This document shows, piece by piece, positions 19,674 through 29,583 of a stretch of DNA of 64,000 bases (positions are counted from its first letter, which is position 1; every line of letters starts with the position of its first letter). Location: assembly GCA_963748815.1 (NCBI GenBank), contig CAVVKJ010000005.1, positions 160,001 to 224,000 of the forward strand, given 5' to 3'. This stretch comes from an uncultured Gemmatimonadales bacterium. GTDB taxonomy: Bacteria; Gemmatimonadota; Gemmatimonadetes; Gemmatimonadales; GWC2-71-9. Made by a program: the position numbers and the translations under genes. The notes under the pieces were generated by a model, which saw nothing but the letters and a program-made list of their open reading frames with translations, was not told the origin of the DNA and searched no databases.

Positions 19674-19998
19674 GGGCGATCCCACCATCCGTCACCCCGG
19701 CCCCCGGCTTTCGCCTGAGCAGGGTCGCCGGGGTCCAGCGTTTGAGCTCGCGGCTGAAGCCGCGGCTCGGCTGGTGTCGCTAAAGCGACGGGGAGGCAGT
19801 CACCCCGGCGAAAGCCGGGGTCCATGTTCCGGGCTCTTACGCCGATTCGTCACATTCCGCGTTCGACCGGACGCACCGAGGGGGTGGGCATACGCCCACC
19901 CCTATCCGGGAGCGTCCAAGCCGTCCCCCCTCTCCCGGAGGGAGAGGGGGATAAGGGGGTGAGGGGTTACGACGGCGGGGCAGGGCGGCGGGGGGCAG
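19651..19998. repeat. Compound repeat cluster: heptamer array, nested family A, family A, family C, family B, G-rich tail
   Basis: gaggacagaggacagaggactgagg at 19651; 19691-19738; 19799-19824; 19881-19902; 19923-19968. Confidence 0.8.
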
Positions 19999-20027
19999 GA
20001 GTTCGCGGGCATTGCGAGGAACCCCAG

Positions 20028-21245
20028 CTACTGAAGCTCCTCCAGCACCGGCAACCGCCCCACCACCAGCGCCCCGTCATCATCTTCGGCGATTCCGTAC
20101 ACCCACCGCACACTCCACGCCTTCGGGGTGAAGTTGCTGGGCAGGTGGACGGTCGCGAGCCGGCGGCCGTCGGTGCCGAAGACATCCCAACGGTAGGTGG
20201 CCGGCCTCGCCTCGGCGACCCTTCCCATGACGAAGGGATGGTACTTGTAGGTGGAGTCCACGACGCGCATCCACAGCCGCCCTCCCGCGTCGAACTGAAG
20301 CTCCTCGACCTGATCGCGAGTGTCTCCGTAGTCTTGACCCTCCACGAGGTCGATCAAGGGCGGGAAGGGCCCAGAAGGGAATTCACCCTGCCACTTCTCT
20401 GGAATGGTCTTGGCATCGGCAGTTACCGGTACCGCCGCTTCGTCAACGGTAATGATGGACATCGCACCATTTGAGGCGTTTCGAATCTGAGCAGCAAACG
20501 TCACCCCATCCGACGTTGCTACCTGACAGCCGCCATCGCTTGCGACCAGCGCCCGGACTCCATAGGGACGGCGCGTACCCGATGGCTGTGTCGCCGTCCA
20601 GGCGACATCCTCAACCAGGAGCCACGGTACCGGTTTTGTGTTGGGTCGCCACCAGACGATCGCGACGGTGTCGGGGGGCCCGCCGGGTAAGCGGTACCCG
20701 GCCCTCCAGAGCGCGAGTATGTTGCCGTCGCACGAAGCCAGACTCGACGCCATGGCTTCGTCGTACCCGGTCGGCGCCTCAAGTGTGGTGGTGATGGGGA
20801 CATGATCAGGCCCAAAACGGGTCAGCCGTGACGCGTTGAAATCCAGAGCTTCGACGGTGTCCCCTCGTGCGTGCACACCCAGAATGCGACGAAATTCCCC
20901 CGGCCCATCACCCTTCCGGCCGAGAGTTTCTACTTCGCCAGGTGCACCGATTTCCACGATTTGAGTGCGTTCCCCGATGAGCAACTTGTCACCCGCCGTC
21001 GCCACCGCCGTTGATCGCAGGACTCCCTCCCCGGCATAAACGACCTCCAGCGACTCGCTCGGGATGGTGCCGAGGTCTCCGAGGACGGAGCCGGATTGGG
21101 TGTGGACGAAGGTGGTGTCGCCGGAGGTGGTGATCGAGCCCTGCCAGGTATCGGAGGTCCCGTTGCCTGCGGAATCGCGACACCCGACGACCAGGCACAG
21201 GACCAAGACAGCACATGCGGCAGGCCGACCCCTACGAGAAATCAA
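20028..21245 (-). CDS. 6-bladed beta-propeller lipoprotein
   Basis: TTG with GGAGG RBS; lipobox VVGC; GRKGDGPGEF; WDVFGTDG..EDDDG. Confidence 0.75.
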   Translation of the reverse strand: MISRRGRPAACAVLVLCLVVGCRDSAGNGTSDTWQGSITTSGDTTFVHTQSGSVLGDLGTIPSESLEVVYAGEGVLRSTAVATAGDKLLIGERTQIVEIGAPGEVETLGRKGDGPGEFRRILGVHARGDTVEALDFNASRLTRFGPDHVPITTTLEAPTGYDEAMASSLASCDGNILALWRAGYRLPGGPPDTVAIVWWRPNTKPVPWLLVEDVAWTATQPSGTRRPYGVRALVASDGGCQVATSDGVTFAAQIRNASNGAMSIITVDEAAVPVTADAKTIPEKWQGEFPSGPFPPLIDLVEGQDYGDTRDQVEELQFDAGGRLWMRVVDSTYKYHPFVMGRVAEARPATYRWDVFGTDGRRLATVHLPSNFTPKAWSVRWVYGIAEDDDGALVVGRLPVLEELQ

Positions 21246-21270
21246 AGTTGCCTCCGGATGTCCGCATGGA

Positions 21271-22399
21271 TCAGTTCCCTGGCGAGTCAACTGATCGTGT
21301 CTCGAACGTCCTCCACTCACACCTCTCCACATCGATCAGCATCCGTCTGACCCACGTCTCCCCAGTGCCATCTGCGCCGATCCGCAGATCGATGCGCACC
21401 AGCGTGTCGCCGCGCACCGAGAGTTTTGGCGATCCCTCGGGGTATTCCCCCAGCGGTGTGTCCACGCACGCTTCACCGGTGTGAAAGTCCAGAACGGAGA
21501 GCCAGCTGGTCGAATGCTCAGTTTGGCCGCTCAACACAAAATCGCTGTGAATCACGGCCAAGCGCTCTGCGCCCATCGGGAAGCCCGCTCAGGAGCGAGG
21601 CCATGCCGATGATTGTCGAGTCACTCATTGGTTTGCTGAATCGCTGGATGATGTCCGTAGGCACCGGGCGGCGAGCTACCCACGGCATCGTCACCGCCAG
21701 CGTCTCGGCGCCGGAGGTTCTTACGTAGAGCTCGTTGGATGCCATGAAGCCTGTCACAAGCTTGTCGGGGATCGATGCCACGAAGAAATAGGGAAAAAAT
21801 GTCCGCACACCCGGGGAGTCACGATACGGCGCGGGCAGCGTGCCTCGGCGGATCGCCGAGTCCACGCCGGGTAGCAACACCACCTGGCTGGTGTAGTTGA
21901 CCGGGTCGAACAGCGCGCCCACGAGGGTGTCGCCGTCCCAGGCGATGCTGTACGCGAGGCCTCCGACCGGGGCGGAGCGTGTTAGCGCACCGCTGGAGAG
22001 ATCAAAGAAGTTGACCCGCTGAAGCTGCCAGTCCACCGCCGCGAGCAGGGTATCACGGAGCACTGCCATTGCGCCTGGAACCGCGAACTCTCCGGGGCCC
22101 CTGCCCTTCCGGCCGATTCGACGACGGAGCGCTCCCGATCGCTCGAACTCACTGATTTGTGCGGATGCGAGGTCGGCCACGAGAAGGCCTCCATCCGCAG
22201 TCACCTGGATGGCAAGGATGTGGCTGAGGGGAGCCGAGTCGGGCTCCTCCAGCTTGACCGAATCGAGCAGCGTGACGACTGGGCTGGGGCTGGTCGGGGC
22301 CCCCAATTGGCGATCAGTACCGCAGCCGGCGAGCAGCAGGCACACCAGCAAGCAGGGTCCGAGGACCGGATATCGTCTCATGGTCATCATAGTCTGCAC
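21271..22399 (-). CDS. 6-bladed beta-propeller lipoprotein; frameshift near 21575
   Basis: Lipobox LAGC; GRKGRGPGEF; C-term continues in ORF 21271..21576; exact start uncertain. Confidence 0.7.
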
Positions 22400-22502
22400 C
22401 GCGGGATGGGGGGTGCGCTAGAGGGGATATTTGATCGACGAGCGGGTGGTACCCCGCCTTGCGTTCAACCCGTCACCCCCGGTCCCCGCTCCCTCCACGC
22501 AT

Positions 22503-22922
22503 CTAACCCCTCACCCCCCGGCCCCCTCTCCCTCCGGGAGAGGGGGTGGTGAAGGGTTGGAGGAGGCTGCGAAATCGTTCGACGTTCACCTCCGCATTCG
22601 GGATTCGAAGCACCCGAACACCCAAGGACTCGATCTGCGCGTCGCGTTGGAGGTCGCGAATTGGATGCCCGTCCTCTTGATGGATGGGGCCATCCAACTC
22701 GATTGCCAGGCGCAATTGCGCACAATAGAAGTCCACGATGAATGGTCCTACGATTTGCTGACGTCGAAATCGCAGCCCCAACATCCTTCTGCCACGAAGG
22801 AGTTCCCATGCCTGCCGCTCGGCAGCGGTTCCCTCACGCCGGAGTCGCCGTGCCTGATCGAGCAGGAGCGGATTCTGGTGTTGACGGGCGATGACACCCC
22901 TGCCTGTCGGAACTCTGGGCAC
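22503..22922 (-). CDS. DUF559 / Vsr-like PD-(D/E)xK endonuclease domain protein
   Basis: ARRLRREGTAAERQAWELLR, FRRQQIVGPFIVDFYC, LAIELDGPIH, RDAQIESLGVRVLRIPN; GTG with GGAGG RBS. Confidence 0.88.
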   Translation of the reverse strand: MPRVPTGRGVIARQHQNPLLLDQARRLRREGTAAERQAWELLRGRRMLGLRFRRQQIVGPFIVDFYCAQLRLAIELDGPIHQEDGHPIRDLQRDAQIESLGVRVLRIPNAEVNVERFRSLLQPFTTPSPGGRGGRGVRG

Positions 22923-23068
22923 ACTCGCCTCCCCCGAAATCTGCCCAAGGTGGCTATCAATGCGCGGAATGGTGATACCATTTCCCCGCAAGTCAGCACG
23001 AGCAATTGCGTTGGCGCTCACCTCTCCCCTCTCCCGGAGGGAGAGGGGGGTAAGGGGGTGAGGGGTTA
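22504..23068. mobile_element. Candidate element: DUF559 gene between inverted family B repeats
   Basis: Left taacccctcaccccc..ccctctccctccgggagagggg (22504-22546); right cccctctcccggagggagaggggg..gggggtgaggggtta (to 23068); no target-site duplication seen. Confidence 0.5.
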
Positions 23069-23152
23069 CAACAGCGGGGCCGCGGGGCAGGGGGCGAAAC
23101 GGACACCGGTCCCCCCCCTTCCCGAAGGGGAAGATTCCGGTAGAATGCTGGA

Positions 23153-24262
23153 ATGATCCGGCTCACCCCCTGCTTGGTTGTGGGATTGTTGCTGCTCGGC
23201 GCCTGCGCCGACGAGCCCCACCAGCCTATTGCGACGGATGGCGCCACGGCCACCGGTTCGCTCCAGATCAGTGCGACACCCATTCAGATCCTCGCCCCAT
23301 CCGACAGTGATGGAGTTCCCCTGTTCGGCAACATTGCCGACGCGACACGCCTGACATCAGGAATCGTCGCGGTCGTCGATCGGCGCATCGATGCCGTCAC
23401 GCTCATTGATCCGAGAGGCCAACTCGTTAGTCAAGTTGGACGGAACGGGGAGGGTCCGGGCGAGTTCCGCTCGCTCGGCGGGATTGGCCAGTGTGCCCCT
23501 GACACCTTGTTCGTCTGGGACCGGATGAACGACCGGATGAACATCCTGGGTCCCGATGGTGCTTTTGTGAACTCCTACCGCCCACCGGGCGATCTGGTGG
23601 ACCGGTACTGTGCGGGTGCTACCCGGTTCCTGGTATGGACGCGATTCCTGAATTTTGGAACCCCGACTGCAGAGTCACCACCGATCCGCGGTATCGCTGT
23701 GCTTGTCTCCGCTTGGGGTGACTCAGTGGGTGGGCTGGGAGAAATCCAGGCGGGCGAGGTGTGGCCGTTGGGTGCGGTCAGCCAATTCGCCGTCACCGAG
23801 GCTGGGGTCTATTTGGGAACTGCCGACACCGCGGTCGTGTCCCTATACGATATGACCGGTCAGAGACTGCGATCGATTGCCGTGGGGGATGCGCACCGGG
23901 CGGCCTCGGAGGTGGACTATGACGCGGCCATCACGAGTTTGACCAGTACCGTACCGGGTACCGCCGAGGAAGTTGCCAGCATGAAGCAGTTCATGCGCAA
24001 GCGCTTTCCGATGCCCACATTCCTGCCGGTGTATCGCGCGATCTTCACCAATGGTCGCGGGGGCCTGTTTGTGGTTACCTCACCGCTCGGAGCTGACGCC
24101 ACCACGATTCGGGTGTTCGATGGTGCCGGCGCTTCGCTCGGCGACATTCTCATTCCCGGGGACTTGGAAATATTTGAAATCGGCAGCGACTATCTGCTGG
24201 GGATGACGCAAGATGCGGAGGGAGAACAGCAACTGGTGGTGTACTCGCTGACGGTTGATTGA
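23153..24262 (+). CDS. 6-bladed beta-propeller lipoprotein
   Basis: Lipobox LGAC; GRNGEGPGEF; RVFDGAG..FEIGSDYLLG..DAEG. Confidence 0.8.
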   Translation: MIRLTPCLVVGLLLLGACADEPHQPIATDGATATGSLQISATPIQILAPSDSDGVPLFGNIADATRLTSGIVAVVDRRIDAVTLIDPRGQLVSQVGRNGEGPGEFRSLGGIGQCAPDTLFVWDRMNDRMNILGPDGAFVNSYRPPGDLVDRYCAGATRFLVWTRFLNFGTPTAESPPIRGIAVLVSAWGDSVGGLGEIQAGEVWPLGAVSQFAVTEAGVYLGTADTAVVSLYDMTGQRLRSIAVGDAHRAASEVDYDAAITSLTSTVPGTAEEVASMKQFMRKRFPMPTFLPVYRAIFTNGRGGLFVVTSPLGADATTIRVFDGAGASLGDILIPGDLEIFEIGSDYLLGMTQDAEGEQQLVVYSLTVD

Positions 24263-24392
24263 CCCCTCACTCTAAGACCCCCCTCTCCCGGAGGGAGAGG
24301 GGCTGGGGGTGAGGGGTCTAAGCCGGCAGGGCCGGCAGGTAGGCACGCGACCCCCCCTCTCCCCGAGGGAGAGGGGTAGGGGGTGAGGGGTA
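24262..24392. repeat. Two family B repeats
   Basis: ccccctctcccggagggagaggggctgggggtgagggg and cccctctccccgagggagaggggtagggggtgagggg. Confidence 0.85.
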
Positions 24393-24400
24393 ACGACAAG

Positions 24401-25300
24401 AGGGCAGGCGGACCGATCCAGCGTTCGCCACGCGGAAGACCTGAGTCCTGCCGGCCAGGAACTTGAGCCGGCGGAGCAGCGATGTGACCTCGGGAGGCGA
24501 CCCCGACCAGGCGCTCTGGAAACGACAGACATTCCGCGCTGGGTTCTTCGAGCAGGCGGCTCGGCGTGTTCAACAATGCGGGCGAGCAAGTCGTGTGGTG
24601 AGTCCCCTTCCCGTAGACGACCGACATTCCCGCTCGTCCTCCAGCACGCCTACCAGAGCTTCCTCGGCCGGAAGCCGGATGGTTCTGCGGGGTGGCGAAC
24701 GCACGCGGCGACTGAGATCCTCGCCGATGGGAGCGTACGACGGTCGTTGCGGGACTACTTCGAGGGATTCACGTGGATCAGGCAAGCGACAGTGCAGGAC
24801 GCGAATTTGCTGGGCAATCACCTGAGGTTGATAAATCGTTGCGGCAGGACGCGAGATATTGGCTCTTCTCATCGGCGGCGTGTCGACTGAATGCCGCGCC
24901 CATCCTGACATCCGACGTATAAGGTGTCGGCATGCGCGTCAGTGAGGTCGCGTTCCGAAAATCGCCGGGCCTTCGCCGGGCACCGGATTGTCGGGCGACA
25001 CGCGCTTCTTGTCGAGAATGTGACGAACGTCAGTGAGGAGAGATACGCGACCGACCTCCAAGATCGGCTACATCGACGACGCAGTGCCAGCTGTCACGCG
25101 AGCACCGAAGGGCGTCCGAGCTGATCACCGTCGAGTCCGGCCGATCGTGCCTGACAGAGAGAGCATGGTGCGCGATCATCCCGGCCGAGGCTCAGCTCCG
25201 ACAAAGTACGTGTTAGAGAGACATCGGCCGCGAGGAGGAGTTCAGTGGCCATTTTAGCACCGATCCTAGGCAGGGCAGGCGGACCGATCCAGCGTTCGCC
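24401..25300. other. About 0.9-kb segment without a credible intact gene, bounded by identical 29-bp direct repeats
   Basis: agggcaggcggaccgatccagcgttcgcc at 24401-24429 and 25272-25300. Confidence 0.7.
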
Positions 25301-25372
25301 CCCCCATTGCGACCCTCCCCCTCCGTGGTGCATCATTTCGAGAGCCGGATTCCCTGCCATCCCAGGATTGCC

Positions 25373-26486
25373 ATGCGCCGAACCGCCGCCCAGCGGAGTT
25401 GGACTCTTCTTCTCTGCCTGACTGCCGCCCTCCCCGCCTGCTACCGACAAGGCGGCCGAGGCGAAGGACGCTGCCGCCGATTCGACGGAGGCGCTGCCGT
25501 CGTCCCTGTCGCTGCCGGTGGTGGGCCGCGAGGTGCGGAAGGGGGACCTCGTCCTCAGCGTCGTCACCACCGGGCAGGTCCGCTCCGACGCCGTCGCCGA
25601 GCTGAAGTTCGAGGCGGCGGGTACGGTGGAAGCGGTGCTGGTGCGTCCCGGTGCGGTGGTGAAGCAGGGCGATCCACTCCTCCGGCTCGACCCGCGCCCC
25701 TTCGACCTGGCGGTGCAGGAGGCGCAGGCCAGCGCCGACCAGGCCGAGATGGTGTACTTCGACGCCATCGTCCCCGACTCGCTGGTGACCGGCCAACCAC
25801 CCACCCCCGAACGTCGCAAGAACGCCATGGCCCGAAGCGGGCTTCTCGGTGCCCGCGCCCGGCTCGGCAAGGCACAGCTCGACCGCGAACGCTCGGTGCT
25901 GACCGCGCCCTTCGACGGCGTGGTGGACCGGGTCAACGTGGCCAATGGCGAACGAGTCTCCGTAGGGCAGGACGCCGCCACCGTGGTGGACCTCCGCCAT
26001 CTCCGCATCGAGGCGCAGGTGCTGGAGCACGACCTCCCGCTGATCCGCATCGGTGGGCAGGCGGTGGTGACCACCGCCGCCGCCCCCGGCAAGGAAGTGA
26101 TCGGCCGGATCGAGGCAGTGCTGCCGCTCATCGATTCGACCACCCGCTCCGGCCGCGCCCTCGTGGTGGTGCCGAGCGGCAACGGCGCGCTCCGGCCGGG
26201 GATGTACGCCGACCTCCGGCTCGAGGCCACGCGCCTCCCCGGCCGCATCCTGGTGCCGAGCCGCGCCGTCATCGAACGCGACGGCCGGCCGCTGGTGTTC
26301 GTGGTGAAGGGGGGCCGCGCGCAGTGGGTGTACATCAATCCCGGCCGGAACAACGGCGTCGACACCGAGGTGCTCCCCGATTCGTCGTCGAATCAGATTC
26401 CCGTCGCCATTGGTGACACGGTGCTGATCGAGGGGCACCTGACGCTGACCCACGACGCGCCGGTGAAGCTGGTAAACGACCAATGA
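25373..26486 (+). CDS. RND efflux periplasmic adaptor subunit; frameshift near 25440
   Basis: Lipobox LPAC; VKQGDPLLRLD, LTAPFDGVV, LRPGMYAD. Confidence 0.88.
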
Positions 26487-26538
26487 TCCGCGCGCACGGG
26501 GGGATCGTCACCCCGGCGAAAGCCGGGGTCCAGTTCCC

Positions 26539-29500
26539 GTGAGTCTCTCCTCGTCTGCAGTCGCCCGCCCCGTCTCCACCATTGCTGCCGTCCTGGGCCT
26601 CGTCCTCCTCGGCAGCGTGTCGCTCGGCCGGCTTCCGGTGGCGCTGCTTCCCGACGTCACCCTGCCGGTGCTCACCATCCGCACCGATCTCCCGGGTGCC
26701 GCCCCACCGGAGATCAGTCGCTTCGTCGCCGAACCGATCGAAGAAGCGATTGCCGCCACGCCAGGGCTGGTGGAACTCCGCTCGATTGCTCGCACCGGCC
26801 AGCTGACCACCACCGCCCGCTTCGCCTGGGGCACCGACATGGCATCGACGGTGCTCACGGTGCGCGAGCGGCTCGACAACGCGCGCGGTCGCCTCCCCGA
26901 ACAGGCCACCCGCCCGACTCTCCTCACCAGCGACCCCGGCGAACGGCCCATCGCGGTGCTGGCGCTCACCGGCCCCGGCGACCTTCGCTCGGTGAGCCGC
27001 ACCGCCGAGGAGGTGCACGCCCGGCGGCTCGAACAGCTGGAGGGGGTGGCGAGCGTCGCGGTCGTCGGCGCGCCGAAGGACGAGATCCGGGTGGATGTGG
27101 ACCCGGCGCGCATGCGCGCCCTCGGTCTCTCGCCCAACGACGTGGCCCGCGCCATCGAAGCCGCCAACGCGACCGCACCGGGCGGCACCATCCGCCGGGG
27201 ACAGTTCCGCTTCTCGGTGCGGGCGCTGACGGAGTTCCGCACACCGGAGGAGATCGGCGCCACGCCCGTCGGCCCCGCGCAGCGCGGCATCCGGTTGGCC
27301 GACATCGCCACCATCACTCTCTCTACCGCCGACCCCCTGACGATGGTCCAGCTCGACGGCTCGGCTGCCGTCGGCCTCGTCGTATATAAGGACGCCGGCG
27401 CCAACACCGTCGCCGTCACCCAGCGGCTCTACGGCTCCATCGGCCAGCTCGAGGAGGAGTTCCCCGACATCGGGATGACGGTGGTGGCCGCGCAGGCCCG
27501 CTTCGTCCGGGACGCCCTCTCCAACCTCGGCCAGGAGATCGTCCTCGGCGGATTCCTGTCGCTGCTGGTCATCCTCTTTTTCCTCCGCGACTGGCGTGCT
27601 TCACTCGCCATCGGACTCATCGTCCCGCTCTCGGTGTTGATCGCGCTGGTCATGCTGCAGCTCCTCAACGTCAGCGTCAACATCCTTTCCCTCGGCGGCC
27701 TCGCCCTCGGCGTCGGCCTCCTGGTCGACAACGCCATCGTGGTCGCCGAGGCGGGTGCCCGGCTCCGCGATCAGGGGATGGACCCTGTCACCGCCGCGCG
27801 CACCGCCGGCGAGGAAGTGGCGGGACCGCTCACCGCAGGCACGCTGACGACACTCCTGGTGTTCGGGCCGATCATCTTCGTGCAGGGCCTCGCCGCCGCC
27901 CTCTTCCGTGACCTGTCGCTCAGCGTCGTGACCTCGCTCTCGGCGGCACTGGTGCTGGCGCTCACGCTGATGCCGGTGATGATGGCGCGGCGCTCCCGGC
28001 ACCAGGCGAGGGCCGCGGGGCCGGTCTGGGGCGCCGAGCTCGGCGAGCGGATGGTGGACCTGTACGAGCGGGGCATGGAGTGGTCGCTGAGTCATCCCCG
28101 CCGGGTCTTCGGCATCGCGGTCGTGAGCGTCGCCCTGATGGTGTTGCTCGCGTCGCGGCTGCCAAAGGAAATCCTGCCGCAGGTGGACGAGGGCGTCGTC
28201 GTGGCCGACCTGACGCTGCCTGAAGGCACGGCCATCGAGGAGACGGCGCGCCAGGCGGGGCGGCTGGAGAATGCCGCCGAGTCGCTCGGCTCCGCGGAGG
28301 TATACGCCCGCATCGGTGCGGCCACCGACGAGGAGGTGCTCTCCGGCGCCGATCCCGGCTCCTCCAGCACCGCACAGTTGATCATCCCGGTGCCCGACGG
28401 CAAGAGCGCCGCGAAGTTCGCTGAAGCCCTCCGTGGATTGGTGCCCGACCTCGCCGCCGGCGCCCTGGCGCTCGACCTGGCCGGCCAGACGGAATTCGGT
28501 TCGCTGATTGGCCGCGAGGGCCGGCTCGTGCGGGTCGAGGTCGGTGCCCCTCGGCTGGCGACCGCCGCGGCGTGGGCCGACACGGTGCGTATCGCGATGG
28601 CCACGCTGCCGCGGCTCTCCGACGTGCGCGAGGCGCAGCGCGGCACCCAGCCGATGATCGAGATTTCCCTCGAGCGGCAGCGCATCGCCGAGCGGGGCAT
28701 CGACGTGCAGGCGGTGGCGCAGGCGCTGGCCGGCGGGCTCGGCGGTGTCAGCGCCAGCGAACTCCGGGAGACCGACCGCCGCACTCCCATCACCGTGCGC
28801 CTGGCCGGTCACGCCAACGAAGACCTGGCGGCTGCGCTGCAGACCACCATCAAGGGCGTCCCCGTGGGCGAGCTGGTGACGGTGGAAGAAGTGCGGGCTC
28901 CGATCGAAGTGGTCCGCGTCAACCAGCGCCCCGTCACCGTCGTGGAGGCCACCGTCGAGACCGGCGGCACCGCCCGCGCCAGCAGCGACGTGGCCAAGCT
29001 GCTCGGCACCCTCGCCGCGCCGCCCGGCGTGACCTGGACGTTGAGCGGCGCCGACCAGGAGCGCCGCCGCACCACGCAGGAGCTGCTGCTGGTGGCCGTG
29101 CTCTCGGTGGCGCTTGTCTTCCTGGTGCTGGCCGGGGAGTTCGCGTCGTTCACCGTGCCCCTCGTCATCATGCTGACGGTGCCCCTCGCCGCTGCCGGCG
29201 GCATCGTGGTGCTCTGGCTCACCGGCCAGAGCCTCAACGCCGTGTCGATGATCGGCATGGTGGTGATGATCGGCATCGCGGACAACGACGCGGTGGTCAA
29301 GCTCGACGCCATTCGCCGCTTCCGCGAGCAGGGCGTCCCGCTCCGGAAGGCGATCATCGCCGGCGGACGGCAGCGGCTCCGCGCCATCGCGATGACCTCG
29401 CTCACCACCATTGTCGGCGTGCTGCCGCTCGTCTTCGGCATCGGCAGCGGCGGCGAGCTGTACCAGCCGCTGGCCGCGGGCGTGATTGGCGGGTCGGTCT

Positions 29501-29583
29501 CGGCGACGCTGGTGACATTCTTCCTGATGCCGACGGCGTATTACGTCATTGAACGGCGGGGAAGCGGGGAAGCGGGGAAGTGA
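26539..29583 (+). CDS. RND efflux permease (AcrB/AcrD/AcrF family), subunit 1
   Basis: LPDVTLP, GLLVDNAIVV, RLRAIAMTSLTTI, PLAAGVIGG. Confidence 0.92.
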   Translation: MSLSSSAVARPVSTIAAVLGLVLLGSVSLGRLPVALLPDVTLPVLTIRTDLPGAAPPEISRFVAEPIEEAIAATPGLVELRSIARTGQLTTTARFAWGTDMASTVLTVRERLDNARGRLPEQATRPTLLTSDPGERPIAVLALTGPGDLRSVSRTAEEVHARRLEQLEGVASVAVVGAPKDEIRVDVDPARMRALGLSPNDVARAIEAANATAPGGTIRRGQFRFSVRALTEFRTPEEIGATPVGPAQRGIRLADIATITLSTADPLTMVQLDGSAAVGLVVYKDAGANTVAVTQRLYGSIGQLEEEFPDIGMTVVAAQARFVRDALSNLGQEIVLGGFLSLLVILFFLRDWRASLAIGLIVPLSVLIALVMLQLLNVSVNILSLGGLALGVGLLVDNAIVVAEAGARLRDQGMDPVTAARTAGEEVAGPLTAGTLTTLLVFGPIIFVQGLAAALFRDLSLSVVTSLSAALVLALTLMPVMMARRSRHQARAAGPVWGAELGERMVDLYERGMEWSLSHPRRVFGIAVVSVALMVLLASRLPKEILPQVDEGVVVADLTLPEGTAIEETARQAGRLENAAESLGSAEVYARIGAATDEEVLSGADPGSSSTAQLIIPVPDGKSAAKFAEALRGLVPDLAAGALALDLAGQTEFGSLIGREGRLVRVEVGAPRLATAAAWADTVRIAMATLPRLSDVREAQRGTQPMIEISLERQRIAERGIDVQAVAQALAGGLGGVSASELRETDRRTPITVRLAGHANEDLAAALQTTIKGVPVGELVTVEEVRAPIEVVRVNQRPVTVVEATVETGGTARASSDVAKLLGTLAAPPGVTWTLSGADQERRRTTQELLLVAVLSVALVFLVLAGEFASFTVPLVIMLTVPLAAAGGIVVLWLTGQSLNAVSMIGMVVMIGIADNDAVVKLDAIRRFREQGVPLRKAIIAGGRQRLRAIAMTSLTTIVGVLPLVFGIGSGGELYQPLAAGVIGGSVSATLVTFFLMPTAYYVIERRGSGEAGK

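Noticed and set aside
15473..24392. Classical integron or prophage
   Set aside because: No tyrosine integrase, attC-type sites or phage genes, and gene orientation is mixed
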